Source of the DNA: Desulfococcaceae bacterium
GTDB taxonomy: Bacteria > Desulfobacterota > Desulfobacteria > Desulfobacterales > Desulfococcaceae
Direction of reading: 5' to 3'
Assembly (NCBI GenBank): GCA_050180235.1
Contig: JBFXEJ010000017.1
Location: 4,595 to 68,594 of the forward strand
DNA length: 64,000 nt
The notes under the pieces are model-generated. The model made no database searches. It worked only from the letters and a program-made list of their open reading frames with translations, and was not told the DNA's origin. Within the stretch, counting starts at the first letter, position 1; each line of letters starts with the position of its first letter. The position numbers and the translations under genes were made by a program. Positions 8,737-19,304 of this stretch are shown here, in pieces.

Positions 8737-9483
8737 TCATGGTTTGTAAGAATTCTGCAATATGCTTTCCATTCGGGCAATATCTTCAGGCAGATCCACT
8801 TCAGGCGAATCATACTCGGTGACAATAACTTTGATTTTGTAACCGTATTCCAGTGCGCGGAGCTGTTCGAGTTTTTCAATGCCTTCCAGTTTTCCCTCAG
8901 GCAGTTTTCTGAATATATCCAGAAAAGACCGGGTATAGGCATATACACCAAGATGCTTGTATGTGTCAAACACGGCAGACGGTTCCCGTCCGAAGGGAAT
9001 GGCCGAGCGGGAAAAATACAGGGCAAATCCCTGCGAGTCAAACACGACTTTCACATCTTTGGGATTGGTGATTTCTTCGGGACGGACAATTTTGTATGCT
9101 AAAGTGCTCATGTTCAGGCCCGGATCGGAAAAAAAAGGACTGACCACCTCATCCAGACAGCGGGAATCCAGCAGAGGCTGATCTCCCTGCACATTGATGA
9201 CAATATCCTCAGGTGCAAGCCCCATCTGATGCGCGGCATCACCTGCCCGATCCGTGCCGGAGCGGTTTTCCGCAGAAGTCATCATGGCCCTGCCACCAAA
9301 GGAATGCACGGCATCCAGAATCCGGGCATCGTCTGTCGCGACCACCACATCAGTTACATTTTCCGCTTTTCGAGCGGCTTCATACACACGCTGAATCATG
9401 GCTTTGCCCGCAATCTTTGCCAGAGGCTTGCCCTTAAAACGGGTTGATCCGTAACGGGAGGGAATAATTACCGCAATTTTCAT
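8737..9483 (-). CDS. kdsB: 3-deoxy-manno-octulosonate cytidylyltransferase (CMP-KDO synthetase)
   Basis: MKIAVIIPSRYGSTRFKGKPLAKIAGKAMIQRV... with full-length KdsB-like layout, 248 aa. Confidence 0.9.
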   Translation of the reverse strand: MKIAVIIPSRYGSTRFKGKPLAKIAGKAMIQRVYEAARKAENVTDVVVATDDARILDAVHSFGGRAMMTSAENRSGTDRAGDAAHQMGLAPEDIVINVQGDQPLLDSRCLDEVVSPFFSDPGLNMSTLAYKIVRPEEITNPKDVKVVFDSQGFALYFSRSAIPFGREPSAVFDTYKHLGVYAYTRSFLDIFRKLPEGKLEGIEKLEQLRALEYGYKIKVIVTEYDSPEVDLPEDIARMESILQNSYKP

Positions 9484-10036
9484 AAAAAATAAAGCCTTTC
9501 GTTTGGTTTCAGATTTTTTCTATAATAATATCAGTCCTTACGGATTTTTTCCGTCCGTGTGTCAGACCCGAATCAACGGATTTGACCCACTGCCTTTCTT
9601 TTATTTATTTAGAAATACAACGCAGCAGTACCTGAGCAGCACTGCCAAAGATTCTTTCACTGAACATTCTGATTTTTCCTGAAATTATAACACGTCTGTA
9701 TTTATTTGTAAAGTTTAAATGTTATAAGCAAGTCAGCATAAATTTTCGGGTATAAAAAAGTTGTTTTTTAAGAGAAACCGGGTTTTCTGAAAATGCCGAC
9801 TTTTCACCAAATGACAGGATTCATCCGGTGGTTTCAGTATTTTTTAAAAAAAGATCAACTGCGGCCGCACGGGCGCTTCGGATGGGCCGGACAGCAGTCC
9901 GGAAAAATTTTAAAAAAAAAGTGCTCCCTCCGATCTCCGGAACAGTTCCTGTTTCAGAGGAACACCCGGTTTTGGAACCGGATGAACTGCGGTCTTATAC
10001 CAATTTTCTATTGAAAGTATATTTATGATTCGGTTT

Positions 10037-10080
10037 CCCACAGAGAACACAGAGAGAAAAAACCACAGAGAACACAGAGG
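10037..10080. repeat. family E repeat (cacagagaacacagag type)
   Basis: cccacagagaacacagagagaaaaaaccacagagaacacagagg. Confidence 0.65.
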
Positions 10081-10396
10081 AAATAACTCACTTTATTGTA
10101 TAAATTCAATAGCGAATTGGTATTACTCCGGTAAAAAATCAGATCAGGTACGGATTTGGCCGGGGGCGGAACGCCGGACACGGCGTACTGCCGGGATCGC
10201 CTTCGGAAACTGTTCAGCGGAATGCAGCCTGTTTTTATATTCGTTGACTGTAAGCTCCTTATCTGATAGTGCTCCAAATCCGTTGATGAATCAGGGTTCT
10301 TCCTCTCCCGAAGTGAGGAAAATTCAGAATCATCGGATTTGCAATATCCAAAGCAGACAGCAATTCATCCAATTCCGTGAAAAGGAGAAAATCCGC

Positions 10397-11191
10397 ATGA
10401 GTTTCAATGAAAAAGTCAAGCGCAATGTCGCGGCCAACTTTGATCAAAGTCTTCATATTTATCAGGAATTTGAGGAAAAACACAAGTTCTTTGCATCTTA
10501 TGCTTTAAAGATGGCAGAGGCCATAGGGATGAAGGAGGGAACATCGGTTCTGGACGTGGGCTGCGGTTACGGATTGTCCGCAGTGGTGCTCAATGCAAAA
10601 TACGGATGCCGCGTTACCGGGATTGATCTGTCTCCGGAAATGATTTCAGCGGGACAGGCTGTGGAAAAAAATGAAGAGATATGCCTGATGGTAGGGGATG
10701 GTGAAAATCTTTCACCCCTTGTCGGCGGGCGTCAGTTCGATTATGTTCTCTACAATGCCTCGATTTTTATTTTTCCTGACGCTGCCAAAGCCATTGACGA
10801 GGCATTCCAATGCCTTTGTCCCGGTGGCAAGATAGCGTTTTCTTACTATCCGCAGTTGCTCGGGGAAGAGGAGGCAGATCTGTTTGATCTCGCTTTCAGA
10901 CGCATGGGCGAACCTCTGCCCAAATTTCGCGTTATTACGGATTACCCGGCTGCCTGCAATGCGCTGGAAAATCGCTGCGGCAATATCCGTCACCATCGCT
11001 GGACACAGCCTCTGCATATCGGTTTTATGCAGGATTTCTTTTCCATTCCGGCCCAGTCAGCTTCCCTGTTCCCCGGACGCGGCTATGAGGAAAGACGCGA
11101 TCTGGTCAAACAGCTTTTTGAAACCCTGAGGGATTTGGAAGGCAGCGGACAGGTTGTCTGGCGTATGGCTGAAGGCAGCAAAACACCCTGA
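10397..11191 (+). CDS. class I SAM-dependent methyltransferase
   Basis: SAM motif I VLDVGCGYGLS. ATG at 10397 is preceded by AAAGGAGAAA. The upstream part of ORF 10025..11191 runs through repeat DNA. Confidence 0.8.
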   Translation: MSFNEKVKRNVAANFDQSLHIYQEFEEKHKFFASYALKMAEAIGMKEGTSVLDVGCGYGLSAVVLNAKYGCRVTGIDLSPEMISAGQAVEKNEEICLMVGDGENLSPLVGGRQFDYVLYNASIFIFPDAAKAIDEAFQCLCPGGKIAFSYYPQLLGEEEADLFDLAFRRMGEPLPKFRVITDYPAACNALENRCGNIRHHRWTQPLHIGFMQDFFSIPAQSASLFPGRGYEERRDLVKQLFETLRDLEGSGQVVWRMAEGSKTP

Positions 11192-11342
11192 CAGCATAAT
11201 TGCAGTCTGCCGGTTTTTGAATCTGTTTTGTGCAGAGAAAAATCCTGTATTCTGATCTCGTCTGCGGATCTGCCCACGGCTGTGCAGATTAGCAAAGCAG
11301 ACAGAACTGCGGTCGTCTCCGGCCTCGTGCGCAGCAATCCAT

Positions 11343-12554
11343 TCAGGAATTGCCGCGGCTCTCCCGCCCGGCTGTCACAATATCACGTTCTGCTGCCCAT
11401 TGCCCGATGTCCTCTTTTTTAATGGCAGCAGCCATAAGCCGGGGAAAAAGATCGGGCGTGCAGGCAAACGCGGGCGCGCCCAAAGCAGACATCTTTGCCG
11501 CCAGTTCTTTATCGTAAATGGGCGCTCCTTCGTCACTCAGCGCCAGAAGGGTAATGAACTGAACACCGGAAGCAATAAGCTCCTGGGTGCGGCTGAGCAG
11601 CTCTTGGGCAACTCCGCCTTCATACAGATCGGAAATGAGAACGAAAATGGTATTTCGCGGCTCCCGGATCAGGGTCTGGCAATAGGCCACAGCCTTGTTG
11701 ATAAAAGTGCCGCCCCCAAGCTGTGTTCCGAACAGCACTTCAACCGGATCATCAAGTTTGTCTGTGAGATCCGCCACAGCCGTGTCAAAGACAATCAGCC
11801 GGGTGGAAACTGCGGGCAAAGTGGCCATTACTGCGCCGAATATGCTGGAATACACCACTGACGAGGCCATAGAGCCGCTCTGGTCAATGGCCAGAATAAT
11901 GTCACGCTGGGTGCGCCGGGACTTGCGTCCGAACCCGATTAAGCGTTCCGGGATAATGGTTTTATATTCCGGCTGATAATGGTGCAAATTGGCCCGGATG
12001 GTTCGGTGCCAGTCCATTTCCGGAAGACGCGGCCTGCGGTTGCGGACTGCCCGGTTCAGAGCTCCGGTCACTGCGGTTTTCATGGGCTCTTCCAGCTTTT
12101 TCATCAATTCGTCAACCACCCTGCGGACTACGGCACGCGCGGTTTCTTTAGTGCGGCTGGGAATCACACTGCTGAGGGCAATCAGACTGGCCACAAGGTG
12201 AACATCCGGTTCCGCAGCTTCGAGCATTTCCGGTTCCAGTAACATGCGCTGCAAATCAAGACGCTTGAGCGCATCCTGCTGCATGACCCGGACTATGCTT
12301 TTGGGAAAATATTTGCGTATATCTCCCAGCCACCGGGAGACCGTGGGGCTTGAAGCTCCGGAACCGCCGCGCCCCTGACGCCCCAGACCGCGTTCCGGGC
12401 CCGCGTCGTATAATGCCTGAAGGACCAGATCCATAGCGGTATCCTCACTGCTCAGGCCGATACCGATACCGTCCGCTTCTTCACCGCCGAGAATCAGGCG
12501 CCAGCGCCGCTGGCGTTCTTCCGCTGGTTCAGAATGTAAGGAAGTGTCTGACAT
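11343..12554 (-). CDS. VWA domain protein (YehP-like)
   Basis: 403 aa with MIDAS motif AIDQSGSM. Last gene of the SWIM/AAA/VWA operon. Confidence 0.85.
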   Translation of the reverse strand: MSDTSLHSEPAEERQRRWRLILGGEEADGIGIGLSSEDTAMDLVLQALYDAGPERGLGRQGRGGSGASSPTVSRWLGDIRKYFPKSIVRVMQQDALKRLDLQRMLLEPEMLEAAEPDVHLVASLIALSSVIPSRTKETARAVVRRVVDELMKKLEEPMKTAVTGALNRAVRNRRPRLPEMDWHRTIRANLHHYQPEYKTIIPERLIGFGRKSRRTQRDIILAIDQSGSMASSVVYSSIFGAVMATLPAVSTRLIVFDTAVADLTDKLDDPVEVLFGTQLGGGTFINKAVAYCQTLIREPRNTIFVLISDLYEGGVAQELLSRTQELIASGVQFITLLALSDEGAPIYDKELAAKMSALGAPAFACTPDLFPRLMAAAIKKEDIGQWAAERDIVTAGRESRGNS

Positions 12555-12582
12555 AATTTTTTTATCCGCTAAACGAAAATTA

Positions 12583-12641
12583 ATACCGATTCTCCATTGA
12601 AAACATGCTGATATTGGATCAAATCAATGGCGATTCGGCAT
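12583..12641. repeat. family B MITE-like palindromic element (short form)
   Basis: ataccgattctccattga...tcaatggcgattcggcat. Confidence 0.75.
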
Positions 12642-12723
12642 GATGCTGATCCGAACTCTGCGAAAATCTGAGCAATTTGCGGATTGCTGTCCGCAGATTT
12701 CACAGATTTTCGCAGATTGTTTC

Positions 12724-12781
12724 ATACCGTTTCCCCGCTGAAAAATACTGATATTGGATCAAATCAATGTCGATTCGGTAT
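12724..12781. repeat. family B MITE-like palindromic element (short form)
   Basis: ataccgtttccccgctga...tcaatgtcgattcggtat. Between the two copies lies a 14-bp perfect inverted repeat, tctgcgaaaatctg/cagattttcgcaga. Confidence 0.7.
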
Positions 12782-12977
12782 AAAAACAGATTGCCCGCTC
12801 CCCCACTCCGCGTCAATGCCATTACGTTTACGTTAAGGACAAAGGAGTCCCGAACTGAAAGTTTGGGACATGAAATGATTCACAAAATCCGGCCAAAATT
12901 CCGTTTCACTTCATTTCGGCACTCCGGAAATTCCCTGATCCGGGGCCTTGACACGAATAACGGGAATGAGAAAACAA

Positions 12978-15314
12978 TTATAATCCCAATAACTTTGCCG
13001 CTTCTGTTACCGCCCTGTCGCCCCATTCCTTATTGAAATGCCCGGTTTTTCCATGCGCATGAGCGGCGGTTCGGGTGGAGGTCTTCTGCCGCGTTTTCAC
13101 CCGGGAGCCAAGCTGCTGCCGTTCTGGAGGAGAAAAGGTGCTGAAGGTTCTCCGCATTAACGGCAGCAGCTCGGTAAAGCGATCCGATGGCAGTTCGCAG
13201 ACCCAGGCATCGAGCACATCCCAAAGATTGCTGTCGTGAAAAAGAATCATTCCGCTTCCTTCCAGAAAACCCTGAACCCAGGCGGCTGCCATTGCCGTTT
13301 CATTTCCCGGAGATACGGCCAGAGACATAAGCCGGGCTGTTTCCTCACGTTCAATCTCATTTTTATCAAAAAGCAGGCGGCACACCTTTCCCCGCACCAG
13401 GGCATTGATGGTATCGCTGCTGAGTATGCCGCGCAGGGCTGCTGTCCACGCACCGCGATGGGCCTCATTTTCCAGCAGAAAGACTGCGTGATTTGCCGCT
13501 GTTATTTTTCCGTTCATGGACTGGGCCGCATCTTCATCCAGAGACTGGCACGCGGGCTGCAGACCGATACAGATGCGGGCAATCAGGCCGTCAACCACTT
13601 CGCCCACCATAGCGGAATCGCTCTGGCGCACATTGCCGTAGCGCAATATCGTCACCAAAGACGGAAGTGCCTGCATAAGCCCTGTGACATCATTGGTCTG
13701 TGCAGAACGTGAGCGGAGAGCGCTGACCACCGGATCAACCGTAGCCGGGAGTTCCGAAAGCAGCACAGCGTTGATCAACCCGGCAAGCTCCGCGATGCTT
13801 TCGGTTTTTTTGGCTGTATGAACCGCTTTTGCAGTCGCGGCCAGTTCCACAGTGGTTCCCCACATGGCCGCTTCAATAACGGTTACGACAAATTCCGGCT
13901 GCCATTTGATATGCCAGTATTCATGGAAAGTGCCTTTTTTTCCGTAACCGCCCTGAACCTGCTTCCCCCAGGGAATGTTCAGAAGGTTGAGCCGGTGCAG
14001 CAGATGGCTTCGGGCCAGACCGTTGGGCGTGCGCAGATCCAGATCAATCTCTTCGGTGTCTGCCGATGGTTTGAGGCGAAGGCTTCTCTGCTGTTTTTCA
14101 AGGTCGGTCTGGAGGGGCACTTTGGGCGTATCGGCCGGAGTTGATCCCATCCGCTCGCCGATGAGCAGGCGATCCCGGATAAAAATCATGGGGGAGCGAT
14201 CACCGAAGCAGAGCACGGACTGGGTCGCGTCATTGAGTTCCTCAAGTCCGGGAAAAGGGCGCTGACGCATTGCGGCCAGGGACTCGGCCAGACGAACCGC
14301 ATCGATGATGTGGGCTGTGGAGGCGTCAAGATCGGCTTTTCGCAGCAGTTCAGCCACCCGGATAAACCAGCGCGTGGCCAGAAGGCTTGGCGTCTGCCCG
14401 GTATCCTCCCGGCGATGATGCCAGAGATGCTCATACCAGCCCGGCGCACTTATGCCCGCGCCGTATCCGCTCCGGCGGGCCAGCCGACCGTAAGTCCAGG
14501 GAATCCAGGTGGTTTCCACCCTGATTTTGGGGAGCCCCCGCAGCAGTTCATTGTCATCTTTGACTTTTGCATCCGCGACAAGCGCGGGCACATGCCAGGC
14601 CCCGCACACGACCGCGATATTTTCATACCCCTGTTTTTCCGCCACACGGATGGTCTTCCGCATCCAGGCTTCCCGGCGCTGTTCCCGAAGCCTTTCATCC
14701 CCGCTGTAAAGGCTGGGAAACTGCTCCCGCAGGCCTGTCATGACATCCGCAATGGCCCTGAACAGTTCTCCGCTGTCAAGGCGTTCCTCCACAGCATGTT
14801 CCCACCATGCCTCCCCGTCCTCATATCCGGCATGGCGTGCAAACCAGTCCAGAGGATCTGCGGGATCCGGCCGGTCGCCGGTGGGAGAATCGCTGGGTTC
14901 CTCCGCACGCTCCTCCTGCGTTTCGACTGTTTCCGGAACAGGAGATTCTGTCCCGGATGACGGAGCATCCGCGGTCTGTTCCTGACTGAGGGCAAGCTGA
15001 TGTCTCTGGGGGAGATCCATGAACTGCACCGGAATATTACGCTTAAGAGCAAACCGCATGGCCTGCCATTCCGGGGAAAATTCGGCAAAGGGATAAAATA
15101 CGGATCGAAGCGGGTTCTGCCCGTCATATATCAGCAGCGCGACCGGAGGGTTCATGTCCTCCCGGCCTGCCAGACCGATATATTCATCAGCATCCGGCGG
15201 GCCTTCGATGAGCAGATAATCCGGTTTCATCTCGTCCAGAGATCGGATCAGATTGCCCGCCGATCCCGGTCCGTGATGGCGGATGCCAAACACTGTGAAT
15301 GGGGATTTTTTCAT
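12978..15314 (-). CDS. large DUF5682-like protein (YehM-like)
   Basis: 778 aa with N-terminus VFGIRHHGPGSA. Lies 6 nt downstream of the AAA gene. Family assignment is from memory of conserved SWIM/AAA/VWA clusters. Confidence 0.75.
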   Translation of the reverse strand: MKKSPFTVFGIRHHGPGSAGNLIRSLDEMKPDYLLIEGPPDADEYIGLAGREDMNPPVALLIYDGQNPLRSVFYPFAEFSPEWQAMRFALKRNIPVQFMDLPQRHQLALSQEQTADAPSSGTESPVPETVETQEERAEEPSDSPTGDRPDPADPLDWFARHAGYEDGEAWWEHAVEERLDSGELFRAIADVMTGLREQFPSLYSGDERLREQRREAWMRKTIRVAEKQGYENIAVVCGAWHVPALVADAKVKDDNELLRGLPKIRVETTWIPWTYGRLARRSGYGAGISAPGWYEHLWHHRREDTGQTPSLLATRWFIRVAELLRKADLDASTAHIIDAVRLAESLAAMRQRPFPGLEELNDATQSVLCFGDRSPMIFIRDRLLIGERMGSTPADTPKVPLQTDLEKQQRSLRLKPSADTEEIDLDLRTPNGLARSHLLHRLNLLNIPWGKQVQGGYGKKGTFHEYWHIKWQPEFVVTVIEAAMWGTTVELAATAKAVHTAKKTESIAELAGLINAVLLSELPATVDPVVSALRSRSAQTNDVTGLMQALPSLVTILRYGNVRQSDSAMVGEVVDGLIARICIGLQPACQSLDEDAAQSMNGKITAANHAVFLLENEAHRGAWTAALRGILSSDTINALVRGKVCRLLFDKNEIEREETARLMSLAVSPGNETAMAAAWVQGFLEGSGMILFHDSNLWDVLDAWVCELPSDRFTELLPLMRRTFSTFSPPERQQLGSRVKTRQKTSTRTAAHAHGKTGHFNKEWGDRAVTEAAKLLGL

Positions 15315-15320
15315 GGCCGG

Positions 15321-16409
15321 TTATCCGATGGCATTCCTGTCACGGCAGGCCCGGTAAAGGTCTTTCCAGTCTTTGCGCTCCTTGACAACGGTTTCAAGAT
15401 ATTCCTGAAAGACAATCTTGTCCTGAACCGGGTCTTTGACAACCGCGCCGATAAGTCCGGAAGCCATATCCTCAGCCGTCAGAATGCCGTCACTGAAATG
15501 TCCGCTTAAGGCCATGCCGCTGTTGATGACCGATATGGCCTCAGCCGTGCTCAGGGTGCTGCTGGGCGATTTGATTTTGGTCTTGCCGTCTATGGTTTTT
15601 CCCTCCCGAAGTTCACGGAAAATGGTCACCAGACGCCGGACTTCACTGGAGGCAGGCGGTTCCGCAGGGAGTTCCAGCGCTCGCCCGATTTCCCGCACCC
15701 GTTTTTCCACAATTGCGACCTCCTCTTCCAGACGGGCCGGCAGCGGCAGCACAACCGTATTGAACCGGCGCTTGAGAGCACTGGACATCTCATTGACCCC
15801 TTTGTCACGGTTATTGGCTGTGGCAATCACATTGAAACCCCGCATGGCCTGCTGCTCCCGGCTGAGTTCGGGAATGGGGAGCGTTTTTTCTGATAAAATG
15901 GTGATCAGGGTGTCCTGCACGTCAGACGGAATCCGGGAGAGTTCCTCAACCCGTGCAATTTTGCCGTTTTTCATGGCATTCATCATGGGACTGGGAACCA
16001 GGGCCTCCTCGCTGGGGCCGTGAGCGAGCAGATGCGCGTAGTTCCAGCCGTAACGGATCTGTTCCTCACCGGTTCCCGCAGTTCCCTGAATGAGACATGT
16101 GGAATCTCCGGAAATGGCTGCGGACAGATGCTCGGAGACCCAGGTTTTCCCGGTTCCCGGAACCCCGAAAAGCAGCAGACCCCGATCCGTGACCAAAGTC
16201 GCGACAGCAATCTCCATCAGGCGCCGATCCCCGATATATTTGGCGGAAACCTCAAAACCGTTGTCCAGTTTGCCCCCGAGCAGGTAGGTGACGACTGACC
16301 AGGGAGACATTTTCCAGTTTGCGGGTTTCTGCCGGGTATCCGCACGGATCAGTTCCGCAAGCTCCTGTGCAAAATCCTGCTCCGCGTGTTTTCGTAAAAC
16401 CTCAGTCAT
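15321..16409 (-). CDS. MoxR/dynein-related AAA+ ATPase (YehL-like)
   Basis: Walker A GVPGTGKTWV; 362 aa. The stop of the upstream gene overlaps its start (ATGA). Confidence 0.9.
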   Translation of the reverse strand: MTEVLRKHAEQDFAQELAELIRADTRQKPANWKMSPWSVVTYLLGGKLDNGFEVSAKYIGDRRLMEIAVATLVTDRGLLLFGVPGTGKTWVSEHLSAAISGDSTCLIQGTAGTGEEQIRYGWNYAHLLAHGPSEEALVPSPMMNAMKNGKIARVEELSRIPSDVQDTLITILSEKTLPIPELSREQQAMRGFNVIATANNRDKGVNEMSSALKRRFNTVVLPLPARLEEEVAIVEKRVREIGRALELPAEPPASSEVRRLVTIFRELREGKTIDGKTKIKSPSSTLSTAEAISVINSGMALSGHFSDGILTAEDMASGLIGAVVKDPVQDKIVFQEYLETVVKERKDWKDLYRACRDRNAIG

Positions 16410-17917
16410 GACAACTCCTTGTGCAACTCAATGCGCAATTTGATGATTTCAAAAAATTCATAACCGGTTTCCGCATAATAGGGCCAGTTCTCATGAGCCT
16501 CCGGCCATCCCGTCAATGCCGAAACCAAAACATCCGGGTGAATGAATAAGGCCATATCTTTGATATAGGCCCTCAGTGTCCAGTCCTGCCGGCGCCGGGA
16601 AATGGCGGACTTCACGACTGTCAGAACGGTTTTGCTGAGTTCAGGGCCCCAGATTTCCGGATCATTGGAATGGATCAGGCTCTCAATAACGCTGATGCTG
16701 TCAGGTGACAGGCTTGATGCCACCCATTTCTCCAGATCAGACCGGGGCATAGCTTTCATGAGCGCATCCCGGTCGGGCTGAAATTTGCCGGTTTTTCCGG
16801 ACTCAAGCAGGGCTGTGATCCATGAGGGATCATGCTGCGTGATGGCAGCATTTGCCAGTCCCATGAAAAGCGCCTCTTTCCATTCTGACTTTCGGATGGC
16901 CTTCAAAATCTCTTTGGGAGAAAAATTCCCTCTTTCCTGCCACCAGCCCAGCGGGGTAAAGGAAACCATCCACATAAGCATGGCCGCGCGGGAACCCAGT
17001 CCGGAAACAGCTTTGTCAAGAATGCTGTCGCGTTTCATGGGCTCATTGATTTCTTCCGGAGGTTCAACTTTGCATGTGGTTCTCAGCAGTCCCTTTTCCA
17101 TGGAAACACAGTCTTTCATCCGCTCCTGCATACGCAGGGCCAGAGCGGAAGAGGGGAGTTGGGACAGCAGAGAGGCAAGTGCGCGGCGAACCTCTATACT
17201 GCGGTCATCCAGCAGACTTTCGAGCACGGGTTCATCGTCCGGACTCAGGCTGTGCTGAAACAGGGCGATGAGTTTGCTTCGGTTTGAAGCTGTTTCCCCC
17301 TTCAGACCTTCCTGAATCAAGGCACGGCTTTTTGCAGGCTCCTTTTCCCGAACGCGAATCATGTATTCGCACCGTTCGCTCAGGGTTCCTTCTTCCCACA
17401 GGCGTGTTTCGGACTGTTCCATATCCTTTTCTGTAGCCGCTGCCCAGCGCCAATCGGGATTTTTCTGCGCGATCCACCGACCCCGCGGACCGATACATCC
17501 TCTGACCGCAGACCGATACACTGGTGTTTCTGTGGCAAACCGGAGCAGTGCCGGAAGCGCCCGAAACCGCGGACGGGTATTGCTGCCGGAAGCTCCGGCA
17601 ATCCATTCAGATACAAGCCGGGGCCAGGGTTTTGCAAGGGCTTCCCGGAGAATGCGGCCGGCCGCGGGAGTGCAGGTTTTGCGATTATCTTCGGGCGACT
17701 GTGTCAGGGAAACAAAATCTTCGGTCTCCGGAAGAAAGGCCGCAGTTTCAAAAACCCATGCCAGCGCGCATTGATGCAGAAGCTGCTCCTCTTTGCTGAC
17801 CGGCAGCGCCGCAATGTTCTGAAACATCCGGGAAACAACATCTGACACGCCTTCTGCTGTTCCTGCACTCTCCCGGCGGGTTCCCACAAAAAGCTGTTTT
17901 GCAAGTGTGTCAATCAT
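16406..17917 (-). CDS. helical-repeat protein, DUF5691-like
   Basis: 503-aa ORF between the SWIM and AAA genes with 4-nt spacing or overlap. No catalytic motif seen. Confidence 0.6.
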   Translation of the reverse strand: MIDTLAKQLFVGTRRESAGTAEGVSDVVSRMFQNIAALPVSKEEQLLHQCALAWVFETAAFLPETEDFVSLTQSPEDNRKTCTPAAGRILREALAKPWPRLVSEWIAGASGSNTRPRFRALPALLRFATETPVYRSAVRGCIGPRGRWIAQKNPDWRWAAATEKDMEQSETRLWEEGTLSERCEYMIRVREKEPAKSRALIQEGLKGETASNRSKLIALFQHSLSPDDEPVLESLLDDRSIEVRRALASLLSQLPSSALALRMQERMKDCVSMEKGLLRTTCKVEPPEEINEPMKRDSILDKAVSGLGSRAAMLMWMVSFTPLGWWQERGNFSPKEILKAIRKSEWKEALFMGLANAAITQHDPSWITALLESGKTGKFQPDRDALMKAMPRSDLEKWVASSLSPDSISVIESLIHSNDPEIWGPELSKTVLTVVKSAISRRRQDWTLRAYIKDMALFIHPDVLVSALTGWPEAHENWPYYAETGYEFFEIIKLRIELHKELS

Positions 17918-17921
17918 TGGT

Positions 17922-19274
17922 TTAAACCGTCACTTCTCCTGAAAAACGGTGGCAGCCTTCCTCATTCCAGCATACCAGCGGCAGTAACGACCGATCTGTC
18001 CATTCACCGGCAACCGTAAGGCCGTGTCCTCCTGATAAAGCGAGGCATTCCCATACTTCGTGAAATGACGCGTGGGCCTGAATCTTGCGGCCTTCCCTGT
18101 CGGAAAAAAACAGCCTGCTGTCAACCATATGAGGGACCAGATTTTCAATCACCAGAGGATAAAGTGTCATCCAGGGATTCAGGGAAACCGCTTCCGCATA
18201 TTTTTCAAGGGCCTGCGCAATGGTTTTTTCTCCGGTTATCCCTTCCATCGGCCTGGAGTCGGAAGTCCGGTTTGCCACCAAAGCCCGCAATGGCAGAGAG
18301 CCGGGATAAAAAATCAGATCCGCGTCAAGGCAGGTTCCCGGAACCAGCGACACATCAGGGGGCTGACCGCCATAGGAAAACGAAAGCACCAGTGCCGCAG
18401 TCTGCGTGCTTACCTCCCGCAGCCAGACACGCTGTTCTTTCATTTTCGCACTGTCCCGGATGCTCTCGCCCACAACGGCCCATGTGCCTGCAACTGTTTT
18501 GCCATGTGCCATGACCGCTTCCCTGTCAATGGGCCAGCCCGCGGCAGTCCTCACATCCGCCTGCCGGTCTTCCGGCAGTTCCCGGAAACGCTGAAATGCC
18601 CTGATCAGGAGATAAAGCTTTCCCATCAGAACGGTCAGGTCCGGCAGACAGGTGGCGGATCCGCTGGCCGTGATCCGTGCCATCTGCTGCACCATGCCTG
18701 CCGCACCCGGAACCTGCGCGTCAACCAGCCGGGCAGCCGCATTTTTCCACACAGCGTCCCCCTGTCCCGGCAGGGAAGCCAGCCCTCCGGCCACCAGATC
18801 GCGCAGCCACAGTTCGCAGTCCGTAAGCCCGCTGATCATGGTTTCAATCCGTTTGTCCTGTTTTTTTGCAACGGCTTCCGGTTCAGCAGGCGCGGCCGCT
18901 TTTTTCTCAGCCTTGGTGACACGGGCTTTTTCCCGATCTTTGCGTTTATCCAGCCAGTCCGAAACCCAATCCGGTGCGGGGTGCTCAGCAACAGTCCCGC
19001 TGCCGTCAGCATAAAGCAGAAACAGGGCCAGCGCATGTTTGCAGGGGAACTTCCGGCTCGGGCAGGAGCATTTGAATGCCGGGCCGTTCAGGTCAATTCT
19101 GACTTCATAGGGGTTCCTGCCGCTTCCCTGGCAATGCCCCCATACGGCCTCATCACTGTGGCCGAGGAGCGGCCATTTGGAAGGCAAGGCAAGTTTTTTT
19201 GCCGCAGCCGCGGAGGAAGCATCCGGAGCAAGTGCAATAATCTGATCTTTTGTGAAATTCATAACAGTTTCCAT
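17922..19274 (-). CDS. SWIM zinc-finger protein (YehQ-like)
   Basis: SWIM motif FKCSCPSRKFPCKHALALFLL (CxC..CxH). Start uncertain: TTG 19298, ATG 19274 or ATG 19262. Confidence 0.85.
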   Translation of the reverse strand: METVMNFTKDQIIALAPDASSAAAAKKLALPSKWPLLGHSDEAVWGHCQGSGRNPYEVRIDLNGPAFKCSCPSRKFPCKHALALFLLYADGSGTVAEHPAPDWVSDWLDKRKDREKARVTKAEKKAAAPAEPEAVAKKQDKRIETMISGLTDCELWLRDLVAGGLASLPGQGDAVWKNAAARLVDAQVPGAAGMVQQMARITASGSATCLPDLTVLMGKLYLLIRAFQRFRELPEDRQADVRTAAGWPIDREAVMAHGKTVAGTWAVVGESIRDSAKMKEQRVWLREVSTQTAALVLSFSYGGQPPDVSLVPGTCLDADLIFYPGSLPLRALVANRTSDSRPMEGITGEKTIAQALEKYAEAVSLNPWMTLYPLVIENLVPHMVDSRLFFSDREGRKIQAHASFHEVWECLALSGGHGLTVAGEWTDRSLLPLVCWNEEGCHRFSGEVTV

Positions 19275-19304
19275 CACATTCGGGCAAGGCCCGGACAAAA
19301 CTCT

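Noticed and set aside
10025-10396. N-terminal 124-aa extension of the methyltransferase ORF
   Set aside because: The extension is translated from family E repeat DNA (TENTERKNHREHRG). A good RBS and ATG at 10397 precede the conserved domain.
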